Shown piece by piece: positions 34,415 to 44,969 of a stretch of 64,000 nt of DNA. The notes below the pieces were generated by a model. It made no database searches and was not told the DNA's origin. It saw nothing but the letters and a program-made list of their open reading frames with translations. The DNA is from an uncultured Phycisphaerales bacterium. GTDB taxonomy: Bacteria > Planctomycetota > Phycisphaerae > Tepidisphaerales > Tepidisphaeraceae. The stretch covers positions 992,001-1,056,000 of the forward strand of contig CAWJPJ010000006.1 in the NCBI GenBank assembly GCA_963844715.1, given 5' to 3'. The first letter of the stretch is position 1, and every line of letters starts with the position of its first letter. Position numbers and translations under genes: made by a program.

Positions 34415-34507
34415 CCTGGGTCTCCATCCGCTCTGCTGAGCCCGGGCCCGTGTCTGATTTCGGCTTTAGACTCCGCCGGCGATTGTAATGCCACCTCGCG
34501 AATTCGC

Positions 34508-35722
34508 TTAGCGTGAAATCGATTGAGTTCGCATGTCTAAATCTTCCGGCGGCCCGCCGACTATAAATCGTTCCGCGATCTCATCGATAACCAGATCCGG
34601 CTTGTGAGCCGCAATGAAATCGGGGTAAATCGGTGCACTTCCCCGAAAATAAACTCCATGCGAAAAACTTCTGGCCATCAAAGGAACGAGTTCATATGCA
34701 AACGAATCGTGATACATCACCAACCGCGGTCCCGATGGATCGCCATTGACGATGTACAACTGGTCCAGTTCATTTCGAGGCGGCAACCTCTGGCCTGGCG
34801 GAACCATCGTGATCGCCCTCTCGCTAAACATTTCAGGAACCCCCAGCATGTTCGCCAGGTCGCCGCCGAAACCCACTGCCTCGCTGCCCGATAAATCCGT
34901 TGGTTCCAGAATGATCAGCGGCCTCGTCGGCAGCATCCGCTGGACTTCGGCCATCAAGTCTCGGTAGACGAGATACGCGCCAACATAATTCCAGTGCGTA
35001 TCGGCTCTCCAATAGACCGGCTGGAATCGCTTCGCCGACAGCAGATCGGGGCGAACATCCAATATCCGCAAAGAAGAATGGGTCTCGCGGAGCCGCCGAA
35101 GCAGCTGGTCCAGTCGCTGGTCATGCTGAAACCTTCTCAGTTCTTTGGGCAGGAATTCGGCATAGATTGTCTGTTTTTCGGGTGCAATCAGGACCAGATA
35201 CTGAATATGTCGTGCCGCCAGCCATGCCTGACGCTGCTCAAACACATGTTGCCAGTCGTTAAGCTCGTTGTCGCTCAGTGGCGCGAGCAAGCTGAATTTG
35301 GTGGAGGACGGATCATCTTTCAAACGTAGAAACAGCCAACCATCGTCGCCGATGATCACCTCGGGCGAGCCGCTGACGTGAAAGAGACCCACTTTCACTT
35401 TCATCAGCGCATGGATCATCGAATCGCGAAAACCAAAATGATCGCGATAAAACGAGAGTACACTTGGGAGATAAGGTGAGATCTGCGAGTATTGTCTTGG
35501 CCACCGCGGAAAAGCCGCGAGCCTTCGTTTTTCGTTAAAGGCTTGCCATGGGTCCAGACGTAGGAACGTGCCCAAGAGCGGCGTGGTTAAGCCGGCGAGA
35601 AACAGGAATATCAGCACAGCTTGAAACACCCGATTGATCGCAGGGTGACGGTCGCGCGCAGCCGTGGCTGCGATCGACGGGCTGCGGAACATGATTCGGC
35701 GGGGAGCGGTCATTTCGGTCAA
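34508..35722 (-). CDS. AlgJ/AlgX-like SGNH polysaccharide O-acetyltransferase
   Basis: N-terminal TM, VIIGDDGWLF, APEKQTIY, YWRADTHWN (DxH), GDLANM. Confidence 0.85.
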   Translation of the reverse strand: MTEMTAPRRIMFRSPSIAATAARDRHPAINRVFQAVLIFLFLAGLTTPLLGTFLRLDPWQAFNEKRRLAAFPRWPRQYSQISPYLPSVLSFYRDHFGFRDSMIHALMKVKVGLFHVSGSPEVIIGDDGWLFLRLKDDPSSTKFSLLAPLSDNELNDWQHVFEQRQAWLAARHIQYLVLIAPEKQTIYAEFLPKELRRFQHDQRLDQLLRRLRETHSSLRILDVRPDLLSAKRFQPVYWRADTHWNYVGAYLVYRDLMAEVQRMLPTRPLIILEPTDLSGSEAVGFGGDLANMLGVPEMFSERAITMVPPGQRLPPRNELDQLYIVNGDPSGPRLVMYHDSFAYELVPLMARSFSHGVYFRGSAPIYPDFIAAHKPDLVIDEIAERFIVGGPPEDLDMRTQSISR

Positions 35723-37174
35723 AAGCGGAAATATATAAACGGGCTATAAGTTCCAGCGGCGGACATCGCGGCAGAACTGGCGAACACCAGGCAAAGCACC
35801 ATGAGTTCCATGGATTGCGCGAAAAGTTCAGTGACCGCGCTGAACCTCCCGGAGCCCTCCGTGAGGCGATTCCACAAAGCGCAGCGCGGGAATGAAAGGC
35901 ACGCTGAAAAGGACGCCGGCGATCATGGCGACAACCAGAAGCCGATTGAGGTAAAGTTCGGCGGAATAAATGCCCCCGGTTCCCCCAATGAAGGCCATTC
36001 TGGCAAGATAGTGCACAGCGGCATCAAAAGATGTCGCCCGGAACAACACCCAACCGACGGTCACCGCCAGCGGCACATAAATGTGCCGGGCTATGGAATG
36101 CCGTTCCAGCCCACGTGCGAATCCCATCCTTTCGATGACGAGAAACGCGCCGTGAAATAGGCCCCAGGCGACGAAAGTCCACCTCGCTCCGTGCCAAAGC
36201 CCGCATAAGAAAAAGACCACGAGCAGGTTCACGTACAACCGCGCCTTCGGAACGCGGTTGCCGCCCATGGGAATGTATAAGTAGTCTCTGAACCAACTCG
36301 TCAGAGTCATGTGCCAGCGCCGCCAGAAGTCAGTTATGCTGACCGCCGAATAGGGATAATTGAAGTTCTCGGGGAAAACGAAACCGAACATGCGCGCCAT
36401 GCCGATCGCCATGTCGGTATAGCCGGAAAAATCAAAGTAAATTTGCAGCCCATAACAGCATGCGCCCAGCCATGCGGCGGCCGGTGTGATGGACGAGGCG
36501 CTTTGCGAGAATATGTCGTCAACGGCGACGGCCACGACGTTGGCGATCAGCATTTTCTTACCCAGGCCGATCACAAACCGCCGCACCCCCTCGGCGAAGC
36601 GATCCGGCGTGTGCGAACGTCCAGACTCGCCGCCGATGCTCAGTTGTTTGTCGATCGTTTTGTATCGAATGATGGGTCCGGCAATGAGCTGCGGAAAGAG
36701 CGTGATGTACAGCGCGAATTGGGTCGGGGATTTCATCGGCTCCGCGTCGCCGCGGTAAACATCCATCAGGTAACTGATCGCGTGAAAGATGAAGAATGAT
36801 ATTCCCAGCGGCAAAGCGATCGACGGCGCTTTCAGCGGCGAGAAATGCCAATCGGACAAAACCCCATTCAAATTCTCAATCAGAAAGCCGGCATATTTGA
36901 AGTAAACAAGCAACAGGAGATTCGTCCCCAATCCCGCGGCAAGGACCACTTTGCGGGTTCCGTTAGCTCGCTGCTTTCCGATCCAACGCCCCATGAAATA
37001 ATTGAAGGCGATCGAAAAGAGGATCAATAGAACGTAACTGCCTTCGCCAGCCGCATAGAAGACAATGCTTGCCGCAAGAAGCACGCCATTTTTCAATATT
37101 CTGGGAGATGCATAATACCGACCGAGAACGACCGGAAAAAATAGAAATAGAAAACACGGGTCGGTGAAAAGCAT
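35719..37174 (-). CDS. MBOAT O-acyltransferase, AlgI/PatA-like (frameshift near the C-terminus)
   Basis: LPLGISFF, FPQLIAGPI, YFDFSGY, FWRRWHMTL, GLWHGA, C-terminal GTYSPFIYFRF. Confidence 0.92.
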
Positions 37175-37226
37175 GAACGACAAACCGATTGAGTGTCAAA
37201 CGATATCAACTGATACGTCGGCCAAC

Positions 37227-37252
37227 AAAAATCCCCCGTTTTTACCGGGGGA
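37227..37252 (-). terminator. Rho-independent terminator downstream of tRNA-Tyr
   Basis: TCCCCCG/CGGGGGA stem followed by a T-tract on the minus strand. Confidence 0.6.
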
Positions 37253-37276
37253 AGGCGATTTTGACGAATCGCCGGA

Positions 37277-37358
37277 TGGGCGCGGTTGGATTCGAACCAA
37301 CGAAGGCAGAGCCATCAGATTTACAGTCTGACCCGTTTGTCCACTTCGGTACACGCCC
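37277..37358 (-). tRNA. tRNA-Tyr(GUA), CCA not encoded
   Basis: GGGCGTGTACCGAAGTGGACAAACGGGTCAGACTGTAAATCTGATGGCTCTGCCTTCGTTGGTTCGAATCCAACCGCGCCCA: cloverleaf, GTA anticodon, long variable arm. Confidence 0.97.
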
Positions 37359-37471
37359 GAACGACTTTTTCTTCCTCCTCCACTGCCGTTATTAACGCGC
37401 ATTGTTGCCGATGCGGCGGTCGATTTCAAATCGGTCAAAAATGCCCGAAAATTGGTATCCTGCTCCCCAAC

Positions 37472-38459
37472 ATGCGCGCACATTCCAATCGCCGATTTGA
37501 TCGACAAATTAACCGGCCTCTTTGCGGGCGCCGGCGTCCCCGCCGCCCGGGCGCACCGCCTCGCCGAACTCTTCACCCAAGGCAGCGCGGATGGAGTCTA
37601 CTCCCACGGAGTCCATTTCGTGCCGGGGCTATTGCGAAGCCTTCGCGCGGGCGAAATCGCCGACCTGCAAAGCGACCCAACCCTAGTCGCGGCATTCGGT
37701 GCGCTCGAGGCGCTATGACGGACACTCCGGCCTCGGCCCGCTCAATGCCGAATTCTGCATGGACCGCGCCATGGACTTGGCCGACAAACTGGGCGTCGGA
37801 TGCGTTGCCCTGCGCAACACGCGCCATTGGGGCCGCCCCGGTAATTTAGGCTGCGCGCCGCCGAGCGCGGATTTCTTGCGATCTGCTGGACCAACACCCC
37901 CGCCCTCATGCCGAGCTGGGGCGCAAAAGAAAAAGCCGTCGGCAATAATCCCATCGTCCTCGCCGCGCCAGGAACGGCCGGAAAACATCTCGTCCTCGAC
38001 ATGGCGATGAGCCAATTCTCGATGGGAAGATTAGGCACCCACAAAGCCGAAAAAATCCCCCTTCCCGTCGTCGGCGGCGTGGATTCCTTCGGCCATCCCA
38101 CCACCGACGACGCCGCCATCCTCGACGGCGGTCTCCCCTACCCCATCGGATTTTGGAAAGGCTCCGGCCTGGCGATCCTCCTCGACGCCTTCGCCGCCAT
38201 CCTCGCCGACGGCAATGACACCTCCGCCCTAAAACCCGGCCACGGCGACATCGGCGTCAGCCAGGTCTTTCTCGCCTTTCAACCTACTCACCTAAACGGT
38301 CGCCCCGCGACCCAACGCACGCAGGAGATTCTAAAAGCCCTTGCCGAAAGAAACCCCGAAACGCGATATCCGGGCGAAGCCGCATTGGCCAATCGCCGAA
38401 GGAGCCAAATTGAGGGCGTCTTTGTCCGCGATGATGTGTGGCGCGCCCTGAGCGCCTAA
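37472..38459 (+). CDS. Ldh_2-family oxidoreductase, YiaK (3-dehydro-L-gulonate 2-dehydrogenase)-like (frameshifted)
   Basis: DGVYSHGV, ALRNTRHWGRPG, VGNNPIV, LDMAMSQFS, PIGFWKGSGL, RYPGE. Confidence 0.85.
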
Positions 38460-38468
38460 ATATATCAC

Positions 38469-38485
38469 TTGGCAACTGTTGCCAA
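38469..38485. promoter_or_regulatory. Perfect palindrome upstream of the antitoxin gene (probable autoregulatory operator)
   Basis: TTGGCAAC-T-GTTGCCAA, 18 bp before the ParD-like ATG. Confidence 0.65.
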
Positions 38486-38503
38486 TTTGACGATAACACC
38501 TGC

Positions 38504-38784
38504 ATGCCCACTCAGAACGTGAATCTCTCGGAGAAACAGCGAAAGTTCATACGAGATCGCGTCGACGGCGGAGATTTCCGAAATGCCAGTGAGGTTGTTC
38601 GGGCCGGCTTGCGCTGCTTGAGCAACGCGATCAGGAAGACCGGCTCAAACTCCGTGCCCCGCGCCGAGCGGCAAAAGGCACGTTCGATGAAATTGATCGT
38701 GGGAAATTTGAAATTGTCGAACCCGGCGAAATTGGCCGGCTCACGAGAATGCTGGCCAAAAAGGCGCGGGCTCGCCGGCCGTGA
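38504..38784 (+). CDS. ParD-family (RHH) type II antitoxin, no toxin downstream (frameshifted)
   Basis: MPTQNVNLSEKQRKFIRDRVDGGDFRNASEVVRAGLR signature. Confidence 0.85.
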
Positions 38785-38791
38785 GCCGGAT

Positions 38792-40993
38792 TCAGAATCG
38801 ATAAAGCTTCGCCCCATGAGCCGGAACAATGATGGGCGCATTGCCCGCGACATCGACGTCCTGATGCAACCAGAGATCGCGCACCGGCTGATACGCCGCA
38901 ACACCCAAATCGCTCCAGCTCAAGCTCGCGCTCGCCGATCCGCGATTGAATACCGCAACCGCTTTGGACCCGTCCGCGAGCGCCTTCACCCACACCTCAA
39001 CACCGTCTTTTTGCAAGATTCGCTCGGCCCCCTTCCCCAGCGGGTCCTGATTGATCGCGATCACTTCATCATTCGTCAGCAGCGAAAGCGTCCAATCATC
39101 CGTATCCGGCAGATTATTCCCCAGAATCAGCGGCGACGGCGCAATCGCCCAAAGCGTTATCAAACTGATCTGCTCATCGCGCGTGAATCGCGTCTGCCTA
39201 TCCGGCCCGGCGATCGAGCAGCGGATTCCGATATGCCCGATCGGGAGCATGTCCCCATCCGGCCAATGCCCTGGCCCCGCCACGCCCTGCCAGTTGGCGA
39301 ACAGATCAAAGTGATGATCCAGATCAGCCCACCGGTCCCAAAAATCGCTGGAGATGCGCCACATGTTCGCCAGCCCGCTGATCTGCCTGGCGTGCGAGAC
39401 ATCGGTCGGTCCCGGCGACGTGCTGAAAACAATCGCCCGCCCGCAGCGGTCGATTGCCTTGCAAATCATCTCGATTTCGTCCGCGTAGTACGGCGATGAA
39501 AGATCGTCGACTTTCACAAAATCCACCCCCCACTGGGCATAAAGCCGGAAGATCGAATCGTACCACGCCTGCCCGGCGGGGTTGTTGCGCACGCCGAGCA
39601 TATCCGGGCACCACGAGCATGTGCTGTTCTGATCGACCGCATCCGCTGCCGTAAATGGCGAACCTTCGATGGGATCGTTATTCGCCACCGTCTGCCGGGG
39701 AATCCCGCGCATAATGTGAAAACCGAATTTCAAACCCATCGCGTGAAGCCGATCCGCAAGTGGCTTGAATCCCGCCCCTCCCTCGGCCGATGGAAATCGA
39801 TTGACCGCCGGAAACAAACGGCCGAATTCATCGATCGCGAGTTTCGCTCCGCTCCGCTGCGTATTGAAATCGCGATCATCCACCGGCGAATTGGCGTCGT
39901 ACCACCGTGCGTCGATCACCACCGTATTCCAGCCGTGCGAAAGCAAATGCTTCTGCATGAACTCGGCGTTGGCCATGAACTCCGCTTCATCAACCGTCGT
40001 GCCCCACGCATCGTAACTGTTCCACCCCATCGGCGGCGTCGGAGCCCAAGTGCGAAAATCCGATGTCGAACTCTGTTTCGCAGGCGTCAGCAATTTCTCC
40101 TCCTTCATCCAATCCATGAACCGGTCCGGCCAGGTCGAGACCGGAATCGTCGCCGGCCGCACGCCGAAACCCTCCGCGCCGAGCAAATAAATATGCATCT
40201 CGGCAGCAATCCCCGCAGCTTGCAACCGGGCGAAATAACCCGCCACCCGCGCGAGCGCGGATCGTCGTGAACATCCACCAGAAAAGTCGGCGGCGTCTCG
40301 TCGGTAATCTTGATGGCCGATGGATCATCCAACCCTCTCGGGTAGAGCAGCGCCGCAAAATCCGGCCGCGAACTTAACTCGTCGATCGCATCCACGCCCG
40401 GGGGCACCGGATGATCAAAACTCGTCGAAGCCAGAAGTGCCAGCTCGCCGCCCGACGAAAACCCCACCACGCCGATCCGATGCGGATCGAGATTCCAATC
40501 CCTGGCATGAGCCCGCAAATATCGAATCGCCCGCTCTTCATCCATCAGCGAATGTACCTTCATCTTATAAGGCGAGCCCGGTTCCTTAGGCAGGCGATAC
40601 TTCAAAACAAAACACGCAATCCCCCGCGACGCCAGAACCCTGCGCCACATCATACCCCTCATGCTGCACCGACAAATGCGTGTAACCCCCGCCCGGCGAG
40701 ATCACCACACCGACTCCCGTCGCCTTATCCGCATCAGGAAGAAATGGCGTGATCGACGGGTTGTGAATATTCGTAACGATCGGAACGCTGCGAGGCGCGC
40801 TATAAGGCGTCGCCTTATCCTGACGCCACGTGACGATCTCGGCCGACGTCTTCCCTTCCGATCCCGGCGCGCCAGTCCAGAGCGGAATCGAATCCGGCAG
40901 CGCCTCCGGATTGGAAACCGGAGCCGCCGGCGGCGCCGCCGAGCACGCCCCCAAAACCAGAAACAACGCCGACAAACACATCACGGATTTCAT
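38792..40993 (-). CDS. Alpha/beta-hydrolase (carbohydrate-esterase-like) fused to GH27 alpha-galactosidase-like domain (frameshifted)
   Basis: Signal with LGAC; PGGGY, KYRL, GVVGFSSGG, RPDFAALLYP; then in frame TPPMGWNSY, IDARW, VDFVKVDD, WRISSDF, WPDGDML, NQDPLG. Confidence 0.85.
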
Positions 40994-41043
40994 GCCGGCA
41001 GATTTTACACATTTCTATGACCCCAACGATCTCCCCCTCTTCT

Positions 41044-41085
41044 CCCCTCTCCCCGGTATTCCGGGGAGAGGGCAAGGGTGAGGGG
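41044..41085. repeat. Single copy of the REP-like unit seen at 25.4 kb
   Basis: CCCCTCTCCCCGGTATTCCGGGGAGAGGGCAAGGGTGAGGGG. Confidence 0.8.
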
Positions 41086-41179
41086 CAGTCTTTCGAATTT
41101 CGAACGCCCCCGCTCTCCCAACAGTCGCGCGGCAACAAATTCCTTGACGAACGCTATCACCTCCGTTATTTCACTATTA

Positions 41180-41201
41180 GGTTAATTAACCATTAGATAA
41201 A
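41180..41201. promoter_or_regulatory. Palindromic AT-rich operator candidate for the ArsR regulator
   Basis: GGTTAATTAACC perfect palindrome immediately upstream of the ArsR ATG. Confidence 0.5.
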
Positions 41202-41204
41202 GTA

Positions 41205-41551
41205 ATGCCCGACACCCTCAGCACCATCTTTTCCGCCCTTTCCGATCCCACCCGCCGGGCCATTCTCGCCCGCCTTTCACGGGGCGAGCAGTCGGTCATG
41301 CAATTGGCCCAGCCTTTCGACATCTCCCTGCCCGGGATTTCCAAGCTCTGAAGGTCCTGGAGCGGGCCGGCCTGATCACCCGCGGGCGAGAAGCCCAGTG
41401 GCGACCCTGCCGCCTCAATGCCGAGGCCCTCAAGGACGCGTCCCACTGGATCGAGAAATACCGCCGCTTCTGGGAGGAAAGTTTCGACCGCCTGGATGAC
41501 TACCTGCACGAATTGCAAAAGAAGGAGAAGCATCATGCCCGGAAAAAATGA
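41205..41551 (+). CDS. ArsR/SmtB-family transcription regulator (frameshifted)
   Basis: FSALSDPTRRAILARL..LAQPFDISLPGISK..LKVLERAGLITRGREAQWRPCRL. Confidence 0.9.
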
Positions 41552-42937
41552 ATCGCTCGTCGTCTTCCATGTCTTTCCGTTTCCGGCGGAAAAAGTCTTC
41601 GACGCCTGGCTCGATCCCATCTCCGCGGGCCGCTGGCTCTTTGCCACTGCGACCGGCAAGATGACCAAAGTCGAAATCGACCCGCGCGTTGGCGGAACAT
41701 TCACCGTCATCGAGCAGCGCGGCCAGGAATCCGCCGAGCATCACGGAACCTACCTCGAGATCGACCGCCCCCGCCGCCTCGTCTTCTCCTTCCACACCAG
41801 CCATAGCGCCGATCCGACGCGCGTGACCGTCGAAATCGCACCCACGCCCGGCGGCTGCAAATTGACCCTCACCCACGAACTCGATCCCACGTGGGCCTCC
41901 TTCGCCGATTTGGCCCGTAAGGGCTGGACCGGGATTCTCGACAATCTCGACTCGACTCTCTCCCCCGACGCTGAGTTCGTCATCACCCGAGTTTTCGACG
42001 CCCCGCGCGAACTGGTCTTCCGCATGTGGACCGACCCGAAACATCTGGCCAACTGGTGGGGTCCGCGCATCATGAAAACCCCCGTCTGCGAACTGGACGT
42101 CCGACCAGGCGGAAAACACCGCATCGTCATGCGCGCCCCGGACAATGTCGATTACCCCATCACCGGCGTTTTCCAGGAAGTCACGCCGCCCCAGCGCCTG
42201 GTCCTCACCATGGATCCCTCCGAGCATCCCGCCGCCTGGCACGACCTGGTCAAGCCCGATCGAAAAAAGAGCGAGACCAACCCGGCCGGCGTCATCCTCA
42301 CCACCGTTACATTCGAAGAGTCCGATGGAAAAACGACCATGACCGTGCGGCAAAAGCTCCAGTCGCCCTCGATTGCCCAGGCCATGAAAAAAATGGGCAT
42401 GCGCGAAGGATGGTCCGAAAGCCTCGACCGGCTCGCCGAACAACTCGCGCCCGCCGAAGCCACGGCCAAGACAATCCTCTCGCGCCCAACGAACGGTCGC
42501 TCGAATACACCCGCGTATTCGACGCCCCGCGCGATCTCGTCTGGGAAGTCTGGACCGACCCAAAGCACGTCGTCCAATGGTGGGGACCCAACGGATTCAC
42601 CACGACCAGCAAGGAGATGGACGTCCGCCCCGGCGGCGTCTGGCGGCTGATCCTGCGCGGCCCTGACGGCCGCGATTATCACAACCGCATCGTCTACATC
42701 GAAGTCGTCAAGCCTGAGCGACTCGTCTATCGCCACGCCGGCGAGGCAGGCGACGAACCCGTGAAATTCCAAACCACCGCGACATTCGAAGACCTCGGCG
42801 GAAAAACCCGCGTCACCATGCGACAGGAATTTGCATCGTTCCAGGAATTGCAGGGAGTCATCGATAAATACAAAGCCGATAAAGGCGGCGTGCAGACCTT
42901 CGAACGCCTCGGAGAATACCTAACCGAGATTATTTAG
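41535..42937 (+). CDS. Triple SRPBCC/AHSA1-domain protein (frameshift near 42470)
   Basis: Three repeats: VFDAWLDP..DPRVGG; RVFDAPRELVFRMWTDP..WWGP..DVRPGG; RVFDAPRDLVWEVWTDP..WWGP..DVRPGG. Confidence 0.85.
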
Positions 42938-43631
42938 CCGGCAGGACGCGCTCCTGAAGCAATTTGAGATAGTCCTTCGAAGTCTTGGTCGCCAGAATGA
43001 AAAGTAGCGCAATCGGATAGATCAGTGCGATCGCCGTCATGATCCCCGCCTCGAACACCGCCGTCATATTGGTCACCGACCGCGAAATTTGCGGACCAAC
43101 CTGATTCCCCCCCATGTTCATCATTCCGTTGAACAGGCTTGTGTACGTCCACCACATCGCAACCGCCGCCACCGCGATCAGCGGGAGCTTGATCAGAATA
43201 TAAAGTCGATGCAATCGCCAGGACATCGGCGAATCCCGCAACATCAAGCTCCCCGCCACGATAAGCAGCACCGCGGCACATAGACTCAACACCGCCTCCA
43301 CAATCGTCGTAACGGACGCCCCAAGATCGACGTGAAAGCTGAACGTCGCCATCTGAACCGCCCCCGCCGCCGGTGCCGTCGTAGCCTGTGTCGCCGGTGC
43401 CCTCGCCGGAATGGGGAGGTTCATCGGAGCGTGCGACATCACCACATACGCGATCCCGCTGAATATCCCGCTCAGGCTCATCAGCGCGCTCAGCCCGCCG
43501 ACGATGATGCTGCAAATCCCCACGCTGCTAAGCAACCCCGGGCGAGCATAAATCGCCGTCGCATACTGGATAGACGGCGGATGCGGCGGCTCAGACGGAT
43601 ACGGCGGCAGACTTTGCGGCGGTTGGCTCAT
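42930..43631 (-). CDS. Hypothetical 4-TM membrane protein
   Basis: Pro-rich N-terminus and four hydrophobic segments; follows the HD gene. Confidence 0.7.
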   Translation of the reverse strand: MSQPPQSLPPYPSEPPHPPSIQYATAIYARPGLLSSVGICSIIVGGLSALMSLSGIFSGIAYVVMSHAPMNLPIPARAPATQATTAPAAGAVQMATFSFHVDLGASVTTIVEAVLSLCAAVLLIVAGSLMLRDSPMSWRLHRLYILIKLPLIAVAAVAMWWTYTSLFNGMMNMGGNQVGPQISRSVTNMTAVFEAGIMTAIALIYPIALLFILATKTSKDYLKLLQERVLPAK

Positions 43632-43664
43632 TGGCTCTTCGCAAAATCTTCCCACACTAGTACA

Positions 43665-44942
43665 TCAATTGCCAGAGTCGCGAATCGCCGCCTGAACCAG
43701 ATTTCGATACGGCTCGGCCACGTGCAATCTTCTAAACATCAACTGCCGGCCGAGCGATTCCGTCATCGGCGAGATTTCCGCCAGCGTTGTCAGCTTCCCC
43801 CGCGCATCCGCCACCAGAATTTGCGCCCCCGGCGCCTGCGCATCGTAAATCTCATAAGGCGTATCCGCCGGCTGATCGTAAAAAAGATCATAATCGGCAT
43901 CCCCTCCTGCCGTCACAATCGCCGCACGCGCTGCCTCGACGATTTTCTCCGCTTCCCGCCAATCGGTGATGTTCGAAATGTCGAGCGTCTTGAAAAGCTT
44001 CCGGAAAAGCAGCCCATGGCATAGCCGCGCCAGGATCGGATCGTCCCCGCGCGTCCACTGTTTGAGACACTGCTGTAGCGCCACATCATCCAAATCCGTA
44101 AATTCCTCCACCGACAGCCGCTGCCCCACAAGCGTCTTATAAATTGGCTGATCCCGATCCGGCCAAGGCAACCGGTCCTGCACCGCCAGTCTGGCCGCGC
44201 GTTGAATCGCCAGCTTCAGCATCCCCTCCGCGGCACGAACGACCTTGTGAAAATAAACATTGCGATACATGTGATACCGCGACTGCAAATACGCCTCCAC
44301 GGCACTAACGCCCTTCCACGTTACGGCCAGCCGATCCCCAGCCACAGTCAGCGCATGCAGAACCCACGTTAGATCGAAATCCCCATAGCGGCTTCCCGTA
44401 TGCAAATTATCCCGCAGCAAATAATCGAATCGATCCGCATCAAGCTGGCTGGAAATAATGTCTCGATGCACCGACGGCTTGGCCTTCGGACTCAGCAACT
44501 CCGCAACTTTCCCCGGCAACTGCGAATCATATTCCGCCAGTGCGGAGTGCACCTCGCTCGACGCATCGCGAATAATGCCCAGCGTGACTGACTCATGCCG
44601 ATCCCCCGTCACATGTTCAAACACGTGACTGAACGGCCCATGCCCCAGATCGTGCAAGAGCGCAGCGCACAGACAAGCCGTCGAATCTTCCGCATTCCCC
44701 GACCCATCCCGATCGAGCTGCCTCAGAATCAGCCGGGCCGTCTGCATGACCCCCAGGCTATGGCTGTACCGCGAATGGTCCGCCCCTGGATATGCCAGCG
44801 AGGCCATCCCAAGCTGCCGAACCCGCCGCAACCGCTGAAATTCACGCGTGTTAATGAGCCTGAAGAGCAACGCGTCCGCCGGCTGATCGAGCCGAAAGGC
44901 GATCACATCGTGCACCGGGTCGCGTATTATTTTCTCTGCCAT
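43665..44942 (-). CDS. HD-domain phosphohydrolase (SAMHD1/dNTPase-like, YwfO-type)
   Basis: RDPVH, FQRLRRVRQLG, HSRYSHSLG, LLHDLGHGPFSH, DADRFDYLLRD, MYRNVYFHK. Confidence 0.92.
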   Translation of the reverse strand: MAEKIIRDPVHDVIAFRLDQPADALLFRLINTREFQRLRRVRQLGMASLAYPGADHSRYSHSLGVMQTARLILRQLDRDGSGNAEDSTACLCAALLHDLGHGPFSHVFEHVTGDRHESVTLGIIRDASSEVHSALAEYDSQLPGKVAELLSPKAKPSVHRDIISSQLDADRFDYLLRDNLHTGSRYGDFDLTWVLHALTVAGDRLAVTWKGVSAVEAYLQSRYHMYRNVYFHKVVRAAEGMLKLAIQRAARLAVQDRLPWPDRDQPIYKTLVGQRLSVEEFTDLDDVALQQCLKQWTRGDDPILARLCHGLLFRKLFKTLDISNITDWREAEKIVEAARAAIVTAGGDADYDLFYDQPADTPYEIYDAQAPGAQILVADARGKLTTLAEISPMTESLGRQLMFRRLHVAEPYRNLVQAAIRDSGN

Positions 44943-44969
44943 CGCCGCTGGTAGTGTAAAATAGCAGGG

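Noticed and set aside
43665..44942. HD dNTPase as an anti-phage defence gene
   Set aside because: Housekeeping-type context with no defence or mobile neighbours
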